Below, piece after piece: positions 46,470 to 55,263 of a stretch of 62,260 nt of DNA (positions are counted from its first letter, which is position 1; every line of letters starts with the position of its first letter). The DNA is taken from the NCBI GenBank assembly GCA_903819895.1, contig CAIJFH010000035.1:1-62260 (forward strand), read 5' to 3'. A program made the translations under genes and the position numbers. The DNA is from Candidatus Adlerbacteria bacterium. Lineage in GTDB: Bacteria > Patescibacteriota > Minisyncoccia > Phycocordibacterales > SBAW01. The notes beneath the pieces were generated by a model, which worked only from the letters and a program-made list of their open reading frames with translations, made no database searches and was not told where the DNA came from.

Positions 46470-47108
46470 TCAGCAGGAGCGGTCTTCCCATGCGCCGAGC
46501 AGTGCATCTGCGTCGATAGCGTTGTTTCTTCGCATATCCATCGCTCGGTCGACGAGTCCAACATCGGCAACCAAACGTATGGCGGCATCTTTCCATACTT
46601 TCACTTGGCTGATGACGCAAGCTTGAAAGAGCAAGTAGCTCGCAACCAGACCGAGAAGCCCTGGGATTATCCAATCGAATGGGCCAGGCATCCCCTCGAA
46701 ATGGAGCATCGCCCAGAGCACTCCGAACACAAAGAGCCCAAACGTGGGTGCAACAATCGCACCAAACCGGATAAGGCGCCGCGGGCTGGTTCGCAAATAA
46801 TAGTCGAGGTCGACCAATCCACCAGTAACGCGCTCCAATTCCACCAGTCGATCTTTGAAGTTGCGGAGCCACAGGCAGCGCCAGAAACTGCCAGTAAAGA
46901 TAATCCCGCCGAGCATCGTTCTCCGAACAATAGCTTCGCTTAAAGTTGCGTCGGTGTAACCCTCACGCGCAAACAGCGCATCAGTGTAGCGTTGATAACA
47001 GCCGTTACAATGACGAGTAACCATCCCATCACGAGTTATGCCACCAAACCAATCGGGGGTTACGGCAACATGCCGCAACGTCCGAGCCAATGACCACGGA
47101 TAGTCCAT
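46470..47108 (-). CDS. Hypothetical membrane protein (AT-richer, SD-led)
   Basis: AGGAG 8 nt upstream of the ATG. Several hydrophobic helices. No recognisable domain. Confidence 0.6.
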   Translation of the reverse strand: MDYPWSLARTLRHVAVTPDWFGGITRDGMVTRHCNGCYQRYTDALFAREGYTDATLSEAIVRRTMLGGIIFTGSFWRCLWLRNFKDRLVELERVTGGLVDLDYYLRTSPRRLIRFGAIVAPTFGLFVFGVLWAMLHFEGMPGPFDWIIPGLLGLVASYLLFQACVISQVKVWKDAAIRLVADVGLVDRAMDMRRNNAIDADALLGAWEDRSC

Positions 47109-47237
47109 CGGTGTTCTCCTGTTTGTACTAGTTATTACTTTTGAGAGGCCGAGAGGGAGTCCTTATATCCGGCACCAAGATACCACAAAGTGCTGAAAAA
47201 GCCATAGTCGAGCATCGCTGCGGTGTGTGGCGTATGC

Positions 47238-47243
47238 TATACT
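47238..47243 (+). promoter_or_regulatory. -10 box TATACT 6 nt upstream of the antitoxin ATG
   Basis: tgc tatact acacct atg(47250). Confidence 0.55.
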
Positions 47244-47249
47244 ACACCT

Positions 47250-47468
47250 ATGCAAAAGGTGGCGATTTCGAAGGCGAAGGTGGAGCGCACAGGCGGAATG
47301 GTGGTACTTCCAGTTAAGGAGTATGACCGGCTTGTCGCTGCTGCTGTGCCAACCTATTACCTTTCGGGCAAGGCAGCGACTGATCTCGACAAGCTTGTTG
47401 CCCAAGGACTACAAGCGCACCGCGAGGGCAAGACGCGAAAGCTTCGTTCGCTCGCTGATTTGGATTAG
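47250..47468 (+). CDS. Putative type II antitoxin
   Basis: 72 aa, 12 nt upstream of a RelE/ParE-type toxin gene. VVLPVKEYDRL-type N-terminus. Confidence 0.6.
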   Translation: MQKVAISKAKVERTGGMVVLPVKEYDRLVAAAVPTYYLSGKAATDLDKLVAQGLQAHREGKTRKLRSLADLD

Positions 47469-47480
47469 CAACACACGCGT

Positions 47481-47747
47481 ATGCCTATCGAGAGTATTCA
47501 CACCACTCCGCAATTCGATAAGCACTATCGCGCACTCGCGAAAGCCGTTAAGACAGCGGCAAAAGAAAAGGAGGCGCTGTTCCGTCTCAACCCATACAAC
47601 CTCCGTTTGCGCACGCACAAACTGCATGGCAAGGATGCTGGCGCGTGGGCGTTTTGGATAAATCAAAAATACCGCATCAAGTTTCTCTTTGTCACCGAGC
47701 GCAGCGTGCTCTTTCTCGACATCGGCACGCACGATATATACTCGTAG
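47481..47747 (+). CDS. RelE/ParE-superfamily toxin
   Basis: 88 aa. THKLHGKDAGAWAFWINQKYRIKFLF...VLFLDIGTHDIY pattern. Confidence 0.8.
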   Translation: MPIESIHTTPQFDKHYRALAKAVKTAAKEKEALFRLNPYNLRLRTHKLHGKDAGAWAFWINQKYRIKFLFVTERSVLFLDIGTHDIYS

Positions 47748-47845
47748 TTTGTCAAATACCGCGGTGGGTTTGCTTTATCGTGAGAGGTGGTATACTTTTG
47801 GCGCATAGCAGAAGTCCACACACTAACCACTTTACCCACATCCCT

Positions 47846-49096
<1,251 letters not shown>

Positions 49097-49112
49097 TTAG
49101 AACTATTCTCGC

Positions 49113-49167
49113 AAAAAACCCTTAGCTACGGAGAGATAAACAAGAAACTCCTGCGCTAAGGGTTTTT
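49113..49167 (+). terminator. Terminator-like hairpin with conserved inner motif, copy 1
   Basis: A-run, stem acccttagc/gctaagggt, loop taCGGAGAGATAAACaagaaACTCCTGc, T-run. Confidence 0.7.
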
Positions 49168-49194
49168 GCTCAAATAATGCGGTATACTCTTGAT

Positions 49195-50175
49195 ATGTAT
49201 GATTTAGCAATTTTGGGAGGTGGCCCTGCGGGGGTGGCGGCGGGGGTGTATGCGGCGCGCAAGCGGTTGAAGACGATTTTTATTGCAGAGACGGTTGGCG
49301 GGCAGAGCACCGACTCGCTCGAGATCCAAAACTGGATTGGCACCGAGAAAATATCTGGCGTCGACTTGGGCAAATCGCTCGAGCGACACCTGCGCGCCTA
49401 CGCGGGCGACATGGTTGACATCGCGCTCGGCAAACGTGTTGAAAAACTTTCTGCAACAGAGAACGGAGGCACAACACCTGCTACTATAGAAAAAATCCCT
49501 GGCGGGTTTGCACTGCACTCGCCTGCCGAGTACCAGGCGCGGACTATCTTGATCGCCACCGGCGGATCACGTCGCAAGCTCGCTGTCCCGGGCGCGAAAG
49601 AGTTTGAACATAAAGGCCTCACCTACTGCGCCTCATGCGACGGACCACTCTTTGCTGGGCAGGATGTTGTCGTTGTGGGCGGCGGCAATGCAGGGTTTGA
49701 GAGCGCGGCGCAGCTCTTGGCCTACTGCAAGTCGGTCGCGCTGGTGCATCGCGGCAGCGACTTTAGCAAAGCGGATGCGACCACTGTGGCAAGTGTCATG
49801 GCGCACCCCAACATGCGCGTCTACACCAACAGCGAGCCGGTCGAGGTCCGAGGCAACACGTTTGTCAGCGGCTTGGTGATCAAAAATAATCAGACGAACG
49901 AAACAACCGAACTCCCCGTCGCGGGCATCTTTGTCGAGATCGGCGCGGTGCCCAACACCACCTTTCTCCCACCGCTCATCGAGCTCGATGCGTTGGGTCG
50001 AGTACCGGTTGACCCAGCGACCCAGCGCGTGCGCTCCGCGGGTGTCGAGGTGCCGGGGCTATGGGCCGCGGGCGACGTCACCAACGGGCGCTTTCATCAA
50101 AACAACATCGCCGCCGGCGACGCCGTCAAAGCGCTCGAGGACATCTACCTCTACATCAAATCGACGCAGCACTAG
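49195..50175 (+). CDS. Thioredoxin-disulfide reductase family FAD/NAD(P) oxidoreductase
   Basis: GGGPAGVAAGVYAAR, redox CASC, second GGGNAGFE dinucleotide fold. TATACT 49183-88 + 6 nt. Confidence 0.85.
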   Translation: MYDLAILGGGPAGVAAGVYAARKRLKTIFIAETVGGQSTDSLEIQNWIGTEKISGVDLGKSLERHLRAYAGDMVDIALGKRVEKLSATENGGTTPATIEKIPGGFALHSPAEYQARTILIATGGSRRKLAVPGAKEFEHKGLTYCASCDGPLFAGQDVVVVGGGNAGFESAAQLLAYCKSVALVHRGSDFSKADATTVASVMAHPNMRVYTNSEPVEVRGNTFVSGLVIKNNQTNETTELPVAGIFVEIGAVPNTTFLPPLIELDALGRVPVDPATQRVRSAGVEVPGLWAAGDVTNGRFHQNNIAAGDAVKALEDIYLYIKSTQH

Positions 50176-50276
50176 CCACCGCCACAACTCCACCCGCCGC
50201 TGGACTTTCCACCCGCTTTGTGCCATAGTGTGACTTGGCACATGAGCGGAAACGCTCAACACAGGAGGATCGTCCA

Positions 50277-50777
50277 GTGACGAAAGAAAAAATCTACGAA
50301 CACGCACACGCTGTTCAATTGATGTTTCGGCTTATGTTCGCTCCGGCGAATATGAGCCACACGCAGATGGACGTCGCGTTGGGGCGGTGGCTTCGCGTCC
50401 CCGTTGTGCGGTGTTTGTGGGCATACGGATTGTCCCGCCATGCCCATGCCGCGCTCAAAAAAGCGGAAAATGCGGAGCCGCGAAAACCACACCAAATGGC
50501 TCTCGCGCACGTTCGTGCAGCGATGGCGGAGATACTTCGAGTTCGAGACAGAGACGACTTAGCAACAAAAAATCGGGCCCTAAGACATATCCACCTCGCC
50601 ATCTCTGGAGAAACGCTCCGCGCAATAAGAGGAGAGGGTGTGTATGGAGTACAGCAAGGCGTGTCTGTGCTCCAGCATGCTGTGAGATTTTTTAAAAGTC
50701 TCGGCATGACGAACGATGCTGAAAGAGCTGGAGCAATATTAAGAACATGGATTGAACTGTCCGAACAAACGTGGTAA
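50277..50777 (+). CDS. Hypothetical all-helical protein (SD-led, GTG start)
   Basis: AGGAGG 50263-68, 8 nt before GTG 50277. Own terminator. Confidence 0.55.
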   Translation: MTKEKIYEHAHAVQLMFRLMFAPANMSHTQMDVALGRWLRVPVVRCLWAYGLSRHAHAALKKAENAEPRKPHQMALAHVRAAMAEILRVRDRDDLATKNRALRHIHLAISGETLRAIRGEGVYGVQQGVSVLQHAVRFFKSLGMTNDAERAGAILRTWIELSEQTW

Positions 50778-50788
50778 ACCACACCAAC

Positions 50789-50826
50789 CAGCGGCGGCCC
50801 ACCTCGGGCTGCCGCTGAATCTTTTT
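50789..50826 (+). terminator. Intrinsic terminator
   Basis: cagcggc ... gccgctg extended stem followed by aatcttttt. Confidence 0.8.
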
Positions 50827-50833
50827 ATACTTG

Positions 50834-50852
50834 GTGCGCGGTGAGGGACTTG
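50834..50852 (-). repeat. Displaced copy of the tRNA-Val 3' end (T-loop to acceptor, followed by CCA)
   Basis: 19-mer gtgcgcggtgagggacttg is identical to 50970-50988 inside/next to tRNA-Val. This copy is followed by CCA, the tRNA copy by CTC. Confidence 0.8.
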
Positions 50853-50970
50853 GTCACAACTCTCGGATGCGCCGTCGCGCATCCTCGGTCGCGACCCCGG
50901 CTCGCGGTCTCGCCTGCTGGCTCGACATCGCTCCGCCTTTCTCGTCCCTCGAATTTGCTTCGCAAATGAG

Positions 50971-51043
50971 TGCGCGGTGAGGGACTTGAACCCCCGACCC
51001 TCCCCACGTCAAGGGGATGCTCTACCAACTGAGCTAACCGCGC
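50971..51043 (-). tRNA. tRNA-Val (anticodon GAC), CCA not encoded
   Basis: Reverse complement GCGCGGT ... TTGACGT ... GGGGGTTCAAGTCCCTC ... ACCGCGCA. Confidence 0.88.
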
Positions 51044-51112
51044 ATTTTTTCTTCTACCAAACTCTAACAAACAAGCGGGTATTTGTCAGCAAGTTGCTGC
51101 AAATGCCCCGTG

Positions 51113-51199
51113 CGGAGAGGGAGAGATTCGAACTCTCGATAAGGTTACCCCTATGCCGGTTTTCGAAACCGGTGCCTTCGACCACTCAGCCACCTCTCC
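51113..51199 (-). tRNA. tRNA-Ser (anticodon CGA), long variable arm
   Basis: Reverse complement GGAGAGG ... TTCGAAA ... GAGAGTTCGAATCTCTC ... CCTCTCCG. Confidence 0.88.
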
Positions 51200-51263
51200 A
51201 GATGTCGGGTCGGACAACACACACCATAGCACTTTTTCTCGATTCGAGCTATATTCTCCCTAC

Positions 51264-51335
51264 GGCCTCATCGTCTAACGGTTAGGACAGCGCCCTTTCA
51301 CGGCGTAAATCGGGGTTCGATTCCCCGTGAGGTCA
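51264..51335 (+). tRNA. tRNA-Glu (anticodon TTC), followed by CTA instead of CCA
   Basis: Identical to the tRNA at 8351 except for the wobble base (T vs C). Confidence 0.88.
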
Positions 51336-52999
51336 CTAGAAGCATCAAAACGGCTCTGAAGAGCGACGAATCCTTTTTTGCACTTATACTGCAACGTATT
51401 CTGCGTGAGGGTGAGTTCGGAAAATATAACGCGGATGATCTGCTCTTTTTCATGCGGTTTTGCCGCATCGTAAATAATAGCAGCGTCTTCTAGGAGTTCG
51501 GAAAGTTTTACAATATCTTTGATGGTCTCTGCCATTGAAATGTCCGATACTATTTCTGCCTCGCCGATTGTCACAAGTTCAGTGTTTAGTTGCGCCTCTT
51601 CGGCGACCAGTGACTCTGGAGTATACGCACCGCTGCGCAAGAGCGGCAAACGGTTGGCGTGCAAGTATGCAAGATCCTCGCGAATCTTTTTCTTGCGGCG
51701 CTCGCCCTCTTCGAGTTTGTTGCAACGCTTTGTCTCTAAAATGGCAACGTCGGTATTCGCCCGAGCGTCGATCTCTGCTTTTTCATCTTCGGTAAACACG
51801 AGTTTTTGTATCAACCCGCCCACCTTGTCGGCTATATAGTCAAAGTTGATGCTCTTGAGCGTATTAGTACAGTGCTCGCTACAGCGTGCGCCATAGTACA
51901 TGATGCCTTTCTTTGGGTATGGAGTGTATACGCGCCCACAGTCGCCACAGCGCACCAAACCGCGCAGTGGGTGGGTGAGCACTTGAGCATAATGCACGGA
52001 CTTATTTTTCTTTTGTAGCTGCTTTTGGACCGCCTCAAAAAGAGTATCCGACACAATAGCCGTATGGCTCGTGCTTAGTATCCAGTCGTTGTCATTACCC
52101 GGGACTCTGCCAGTATAAAAATGGTTGGTCAGAATCTTGTGTATCGAGTTGGCGGTCGGTATGCGAGACACAGCGGCAATCTCAAGTCGCATATCGTCCT
52201 CTTCTTCGGCTAGTATCTCCTCGTTGGTTCTGCGGCGGCGCACTGGTGGCATAGTAAAGCCCTGCTCGACTGCGTAGCGTGCAAGGTCTGCCAGACTCCA
52301 CTCGCCAGTCGCCGCTTTCTCAAACAATGTGGCAATAATCGGCGCACGGACCGGATCAAGCGGCTTTTTGTCCATGTTGCCAAGATTGAGATACCCCACA
52401 GGGGCTTTATTCGTACACAGCCCGCGGGTGCGAGCGTTGCGGATAGTGATGCTCACTTTCTCACGAGTCACACGCGAGTGGTGCTCGGCAAACATGCCGT
52501 CAATATCCATATGCAACTCTCCAGCACTGGTCTTATCGTATTGTGCGAGCGTAAAGCGAATATCGACACCCGCTTTCATCAGCTTGCGCAGTATGGTGTT
52601 GTCGCCCTTGTTGCGGCTTGCACGGTCCCAGCACAGAAATACCACACCCTTGAAATAGCCCTTATTGAGCAGCTGCACGAGTTGGTAAAACTTCGGGCGG
52701 TCGACTCGATACTGCACCGCGTTACCGTCGCCAAACGCGAGTTCGACATTTTCTTTAAATCCCGAGTGTCGCTCCGAAATAACCCCGTCGGCACAAAAAC
52801 CATCGAGCGTCAGCGCCGCAAGGTTGAGATTTTCACGAAATGCAAAACGGACATTCTCGGACTTTTGGTACTTGATGGAGTTCTTTTGATTCTCGGTGTC
52901 GTCGGTGCTCTTGCGGTTGTACACCAAATAGCAATCACGGTACGCACCGCTCGCTATATCCTTGAGTATCGCTTCTGCTGTTTTTTCTTTGGTCGTCAT
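51275..52999 (-). CDS. Large serine recombinase
   Basis: Resolvase-type N-terminus (YLVYNRKSTDD), recombinase domain, Zn ribbon CGDCGR...CSEHC, C-terminal coiled coil. Last 20 codons lie antisense inside tRNA-Glu. Confidence 0.9.
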   Translation of the reverse strand: MTTKEKTAEAILKDIASGAYRDCYLVYNRKSTDDTENQKNSIKYQKSENVRFAFRENLNLAALTLDGFCADGVISERHSGFKENVELAFGDGNAVQYRVDRPKFYQLVQLLNKGYFKGVVFLCWDRASRNKGDNTILRKLMKAGVDIRFTLAQYDKTSAGELHMDIDGMFAEHHSRVTREKVSITIRNARTRGLCTNKAPVGYLNLGNMDKKPLDPVRAPIIATLFEKAATGEWSLADLARYAVEQGFTMPPVRRRRTNEEILAEEEDDMRLEIAAVSRIPTANSIHKILTNHFYTGRVPGNDNDWILSTSHTAIVSDTLFEAVQKQLQKKNKSVHYAQVLTHPLRGLVRCGDCGRVYTPYPKKGIMYYGARCSEHCTNTLKSINFDYIADKVGGLIQKLVFTEDEKAEIDARANTDVAILETKRCNKLEEGERRKKKIREDLAYLHANRLPLLRSGAYTPESLVAEEAQLNTELVTIGEAEIVSDISMAETIKDIVKLSELLEDAAIIYDAAKPHEKEQIIRVIFSELTLTQNTLQYKCKKGFVALQSRFDASSDLTGNRTPIYAVKGRCPNR

Positions 53000-53190
53000 A
53001 GCTGTATGATGTCCTCTTTGATCATTTTACCATCCTTTTTTACATACCCCTCGCTCTTGAGACGTGTTCGGATACCAGCAAGTACGGCACCAAGCTCGCG
53101 CAATCCTTGGATTGTTTCGTCAGTAAAATACGTCTGCGCGTCTGGTAGATATACCACCTCCGAGAGTTGTTCTTTGCGGTTCTTGTTCAT
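52996..53190 (-). CDS. Small protein (64 aa) coupled to the recombinase gene; directionality-factor or regulator candidate
   Basis: ATGA overlaps at both ends (52996-99, 53187-90). Confidence 0.55.
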   Translation of the reverse strand: MNKNRKEQLSEVVYLPDAQTYFTDETIQGLRELGAVLAGIRTRLKSEGYVKKDGKMIKEDIIQL

Positions 53191-53774
53191 GTTGGTAGTT
53201 CGACCCCAAGCGCCCGCGCTAGGGCTTGCATACCCTTTGCAAAGCGTTCTTCCATCAGCAACAGTCTTACATATTGCTTGGTCAACCTGCCAGCATAGTG
53301 GGTTCGTTTTACGCGGTCCTTCTGGCGCTCAATATCGGGGATACTCACAAACCCTTTGTCATACGGTGGCGCGTTGCGGCTGGCATAGGTGAGCTTGTTG
53401 CAGTGTCGGCACGCAAAGCGATTGCCAAGCAGATACAGCGTCCCAACTCTCCGGCCGCAGTGTTGTCCGTCTGTATCCCACGGGCATATAAACCAGTAGC
53501 GCCTCCCGCCGTATGCGCATGGTGTCGACGTGAGCGGTATTTGATAATCCAGATACTGCTTTTCGCCAGTAACCCTGTCTGTGACGTTGTATACAAGCCG
53601 TACAGCCGATGAGATGCCCGAACTGGGTGCCTGGTTCGTGCATAAGAGCGGCAATATGGTGGGTTGCGGGACGGGCACTGCCCCGATCGTCGATTCGACC
53701 CAGTTCCCGACGCTTTCGACTGAAGAAATCTGGGACATCCTCGTCGCCGAGTTGGCGAAGTTGAAACTGCCCAA
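53187..53774 (-). CDS. Zinc-ribbon protein of unknown function (YGGRRYWFICP...CGRRV...CRHC)
   Basis: Cys4 ribbon with a conserved-looking GGRRYWFxCP motif. Start uncertain (TTG 53774 or ATG 53738). Confidence 0.6.
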   Translation of the reverse strand: MGSFNFANSATRMSQISSVESVGNWVESTIGAVPVPQPTILPLLCTNQAPSSGISSAVRLVYNVTDRVTGEKQYLDYQIPLTSTPCAYGGRRYWFICPWDTDGQHCGRRVGTLYLLGNRFACRHCNKLTYASRNAPPYDKGFVSIPDIERQKDRVKRTHYAGRLTKQYVRLLLMEERFAKGMQALARALGVELPT

Positions 53775-53795
53775 AGCCTAAGTGCTGATTACCTT

Positions 53796-53836
53796 GAGAC
53801 CTCAAACCCATACCAGGGAATGAGGTCTCTTTTTTT
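53796..53836 (+). terminator. Hairpin + T7 at the right edge of the element (candidate original tRNA-Glu terminator / att arm)
   Basis: gagacctca (53796-804) / tgaggtctc (53821-29), then ttttttt. Confidence 0.55.
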
Positions 53837-54098
53837 ATGCGATACTGCTGGCAATCGGTGTGACGTATGTCCTCGCCGTGTCGGGGTTTGGCTGGGAGTA
53901 TTTTGAGGCGACGCGCTCGAGTGCACGGGTTAGCTGTGGGGCAATAGTCGTGATTTTCAGTTTGGCTTTATGCGGCAGGGGGTATTTTGGGCTGCGATGC
54001 GCGACGTGCACCCTGCCTGACGCCCGATTCGTATACATGTATGCACAGGACGAGTGTCACATTAACTCTTCATATAACAACGTAACGCAAGTCGCACT

Positions 54099-54554
54099 AT
54101 GAAAAACAAACTCATTTATATCGTCGGTTCGACCATGGTCGTGGGATCGCTCGTGCTGAGCGGGTCTGCGTTCGCCGCAACGAGGCAGACGGTGGGCGCA
54201 GCCACGCACCAAAGCGCATCCGCACGCGTGGTCGGGACGCCGCCGTTGGTCTTTGGGACGATCGCCGCAGTCAACGGGACGAGTGTCACCGTGACGGGCA
54301 AGGCAGGCAAGCATGCGACGACGACGGCCTACACGATCGACGCGTCGGCCGCCAAAATTACAAAGGGGTATGGTCAGGGCGCGCAATCAATCGGCGTAGC
54401 AAACCTCGCGGTTGGTGATATGGTCGCGGTCGTCGGTGCGGTCACGGGCAATACCGTCTCGGCGACGTCGATTCGTGACACGGGCTCGGCAACCAAACAG
54501 GTAAAGACGCACAACGGCAAAAATACGTCAGCACACCCAAAGAAGACGAAGTAG
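54099..54554 (+). CDS. Secreted DUF5666-like protein
   Basis: Signal peptide, GTIAAVNGTSVTVTGKAGK ... VGDMVAVVGAVTGNTVSATSI. Confidence 0.65.
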   Translation: MKNKLIYIVGSTMVVGSLVLSGSAFAATRQTVGAATHQSASARVVGTPPLVFGTIAAVNGTSVTVTGKAGKHATTTAYTIDASAAKITKGYGQGAQSIGVANLAVGDMVAVVGAVTGNTVSATSIRDTGSATKQVKTHNGKNTSAHPKKTK

Positions 54555-54572
54555 CAGTACGTGGATATAAAT

Positions 54573-54602
54573 AAAAGCGGGGGACGAGCCCCCGCTTTTT
54601 TT
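54573..54602. terminator. Bidirectional terminator
   Basis: aaaagcggggg acgag cccccgctttt. Confidence 0.9.
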
Positions 54603-54625
54603 GTAGTCGTGCGTGGTCGACGTTT

Positions 54626-55010
54626 TTACCATCCGCCGCAATTGGGGTAATACGGCGCTATCGGGACCGAGAATCCCCAACTCGTGCCGCCATTGTTTTG
54701 GCCGTAGTAGAAGCCACCACCACCTCCGCCATAGTAGCCTCCGCCGTTGTTCCAACCGCCGCCTCCGCCCCAGCCGCTTTGGTTACCGCCCCAATTACTG
54801 CCGCCGTAGTACCCTCCGCCGCCATTCCAGCCGCCTTGGCCGCCGTGCCAGTGATTGTTGCCGCCCCCAGCCGCCGTTGCCATTCCAGCCACTTTGGCCG
54901 CCACGCCAACCGCCGCCCCAGCCGCCACGTTGCGCCTGCGCATCACTCATACCCACAAGGAGCATGAGTACGCACAGGCTGGCGACTCGTTTAGTACCCG
55001 TAGTACCCAT
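54626..55010 (-). pseudogene. Gly/Trp/Asn/Tyr-rich secreted protein gene interrupted by a +1 G in a G5 run (frameshift, assembly error or phase variation)
   Basis: Frame of ORF 54795..55178 gives the signal peptide KRVASLCVLMLLVGMSDAQA plus GGWGGGW. Frame of ORF 54626..54946 continues GGNNHWHGGQGGWNGGGGYYGG. The two frames join if one C of 54864-54868 is removed. Confidence 0.65.
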
Positions 55011-55194
55011 AGCCGCCTCCACAAGATGAGTAGTAGCCACAAGTCGGTCCTTGGTAGGTATAGCCATAGCCGCCGCATCCGCTGCCGCAGCCTCCATAGT
55101 AACCGCCGTAGTACCCCGGATAGGGTGCCACGTAACATCCGCACAGCGACACGCACAAGAGCATGCACCGTGCGGCACGAAACATCCCTTTCAT
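54991..55194 (-). CDS. Gly/Tyr/Cys-rich small secreted or lipid-anchored peptide (67 aa)
   Basis: Signal/lipobox-like MLLCVSLCGC, then YPGYYGGYYGGCGSGCGGYGYTYQGPTCGYYSSCGGGYGYYGY. GAAGAGG 8 nt upstream. Confidence 0.65.
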   Translation of the reverse strand: MKGMFRAARCMLLCVSLCGCYVAPYPGYYGGYYGGCGSGCGGYGYTYQGPTCGYYSSCGGGYGYYGY

Positions 55195-55263
55195 GACAAA
55201 GGCCTCTTCACTGTCCGCATATAAGCGTACCGAGTCGAAGCTGTGATTTGCTGAAAGCGCGAG

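Larger units (their letters stand above)
51336..53829 (-). mobile_element. Putative integrative element (~2.5 kb) carrying a large serine recombinase, inserted at the 3' end of tRNA-Glu(TTC)
   Basis: AT-richer block. Three coupled genes. Identity with the twin tRNA stops at 51337. TGAGGTC recurs at 53821-27 followed by T7. Confidence 0.6.

Noticed and set aside
53860-54102. An 80-aa ORF in the 260-nt gap right of the recombinase element.
   Set aside because: It has no start-site signal (neither a -10 box at leaderless spacing nor an SD), an odd Cys/Phe-rich composition, and it ends overlapping the next gene's start. The gap more likely holds the promoter of the 54099 gene.
54991-55194. Gly/Ser/Cys-rich peptide as a microcin-B17-like (TOMM/LAP) precursor.
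   Set aside because: No cyclodehydratase, dehydrogenase or dedicated exporter genes lie nearby. The N-terminus looks like a Sec/lipoprotein signal rather than a leader peptide. The idea is kept only as a remote possibility inside the broader finding.
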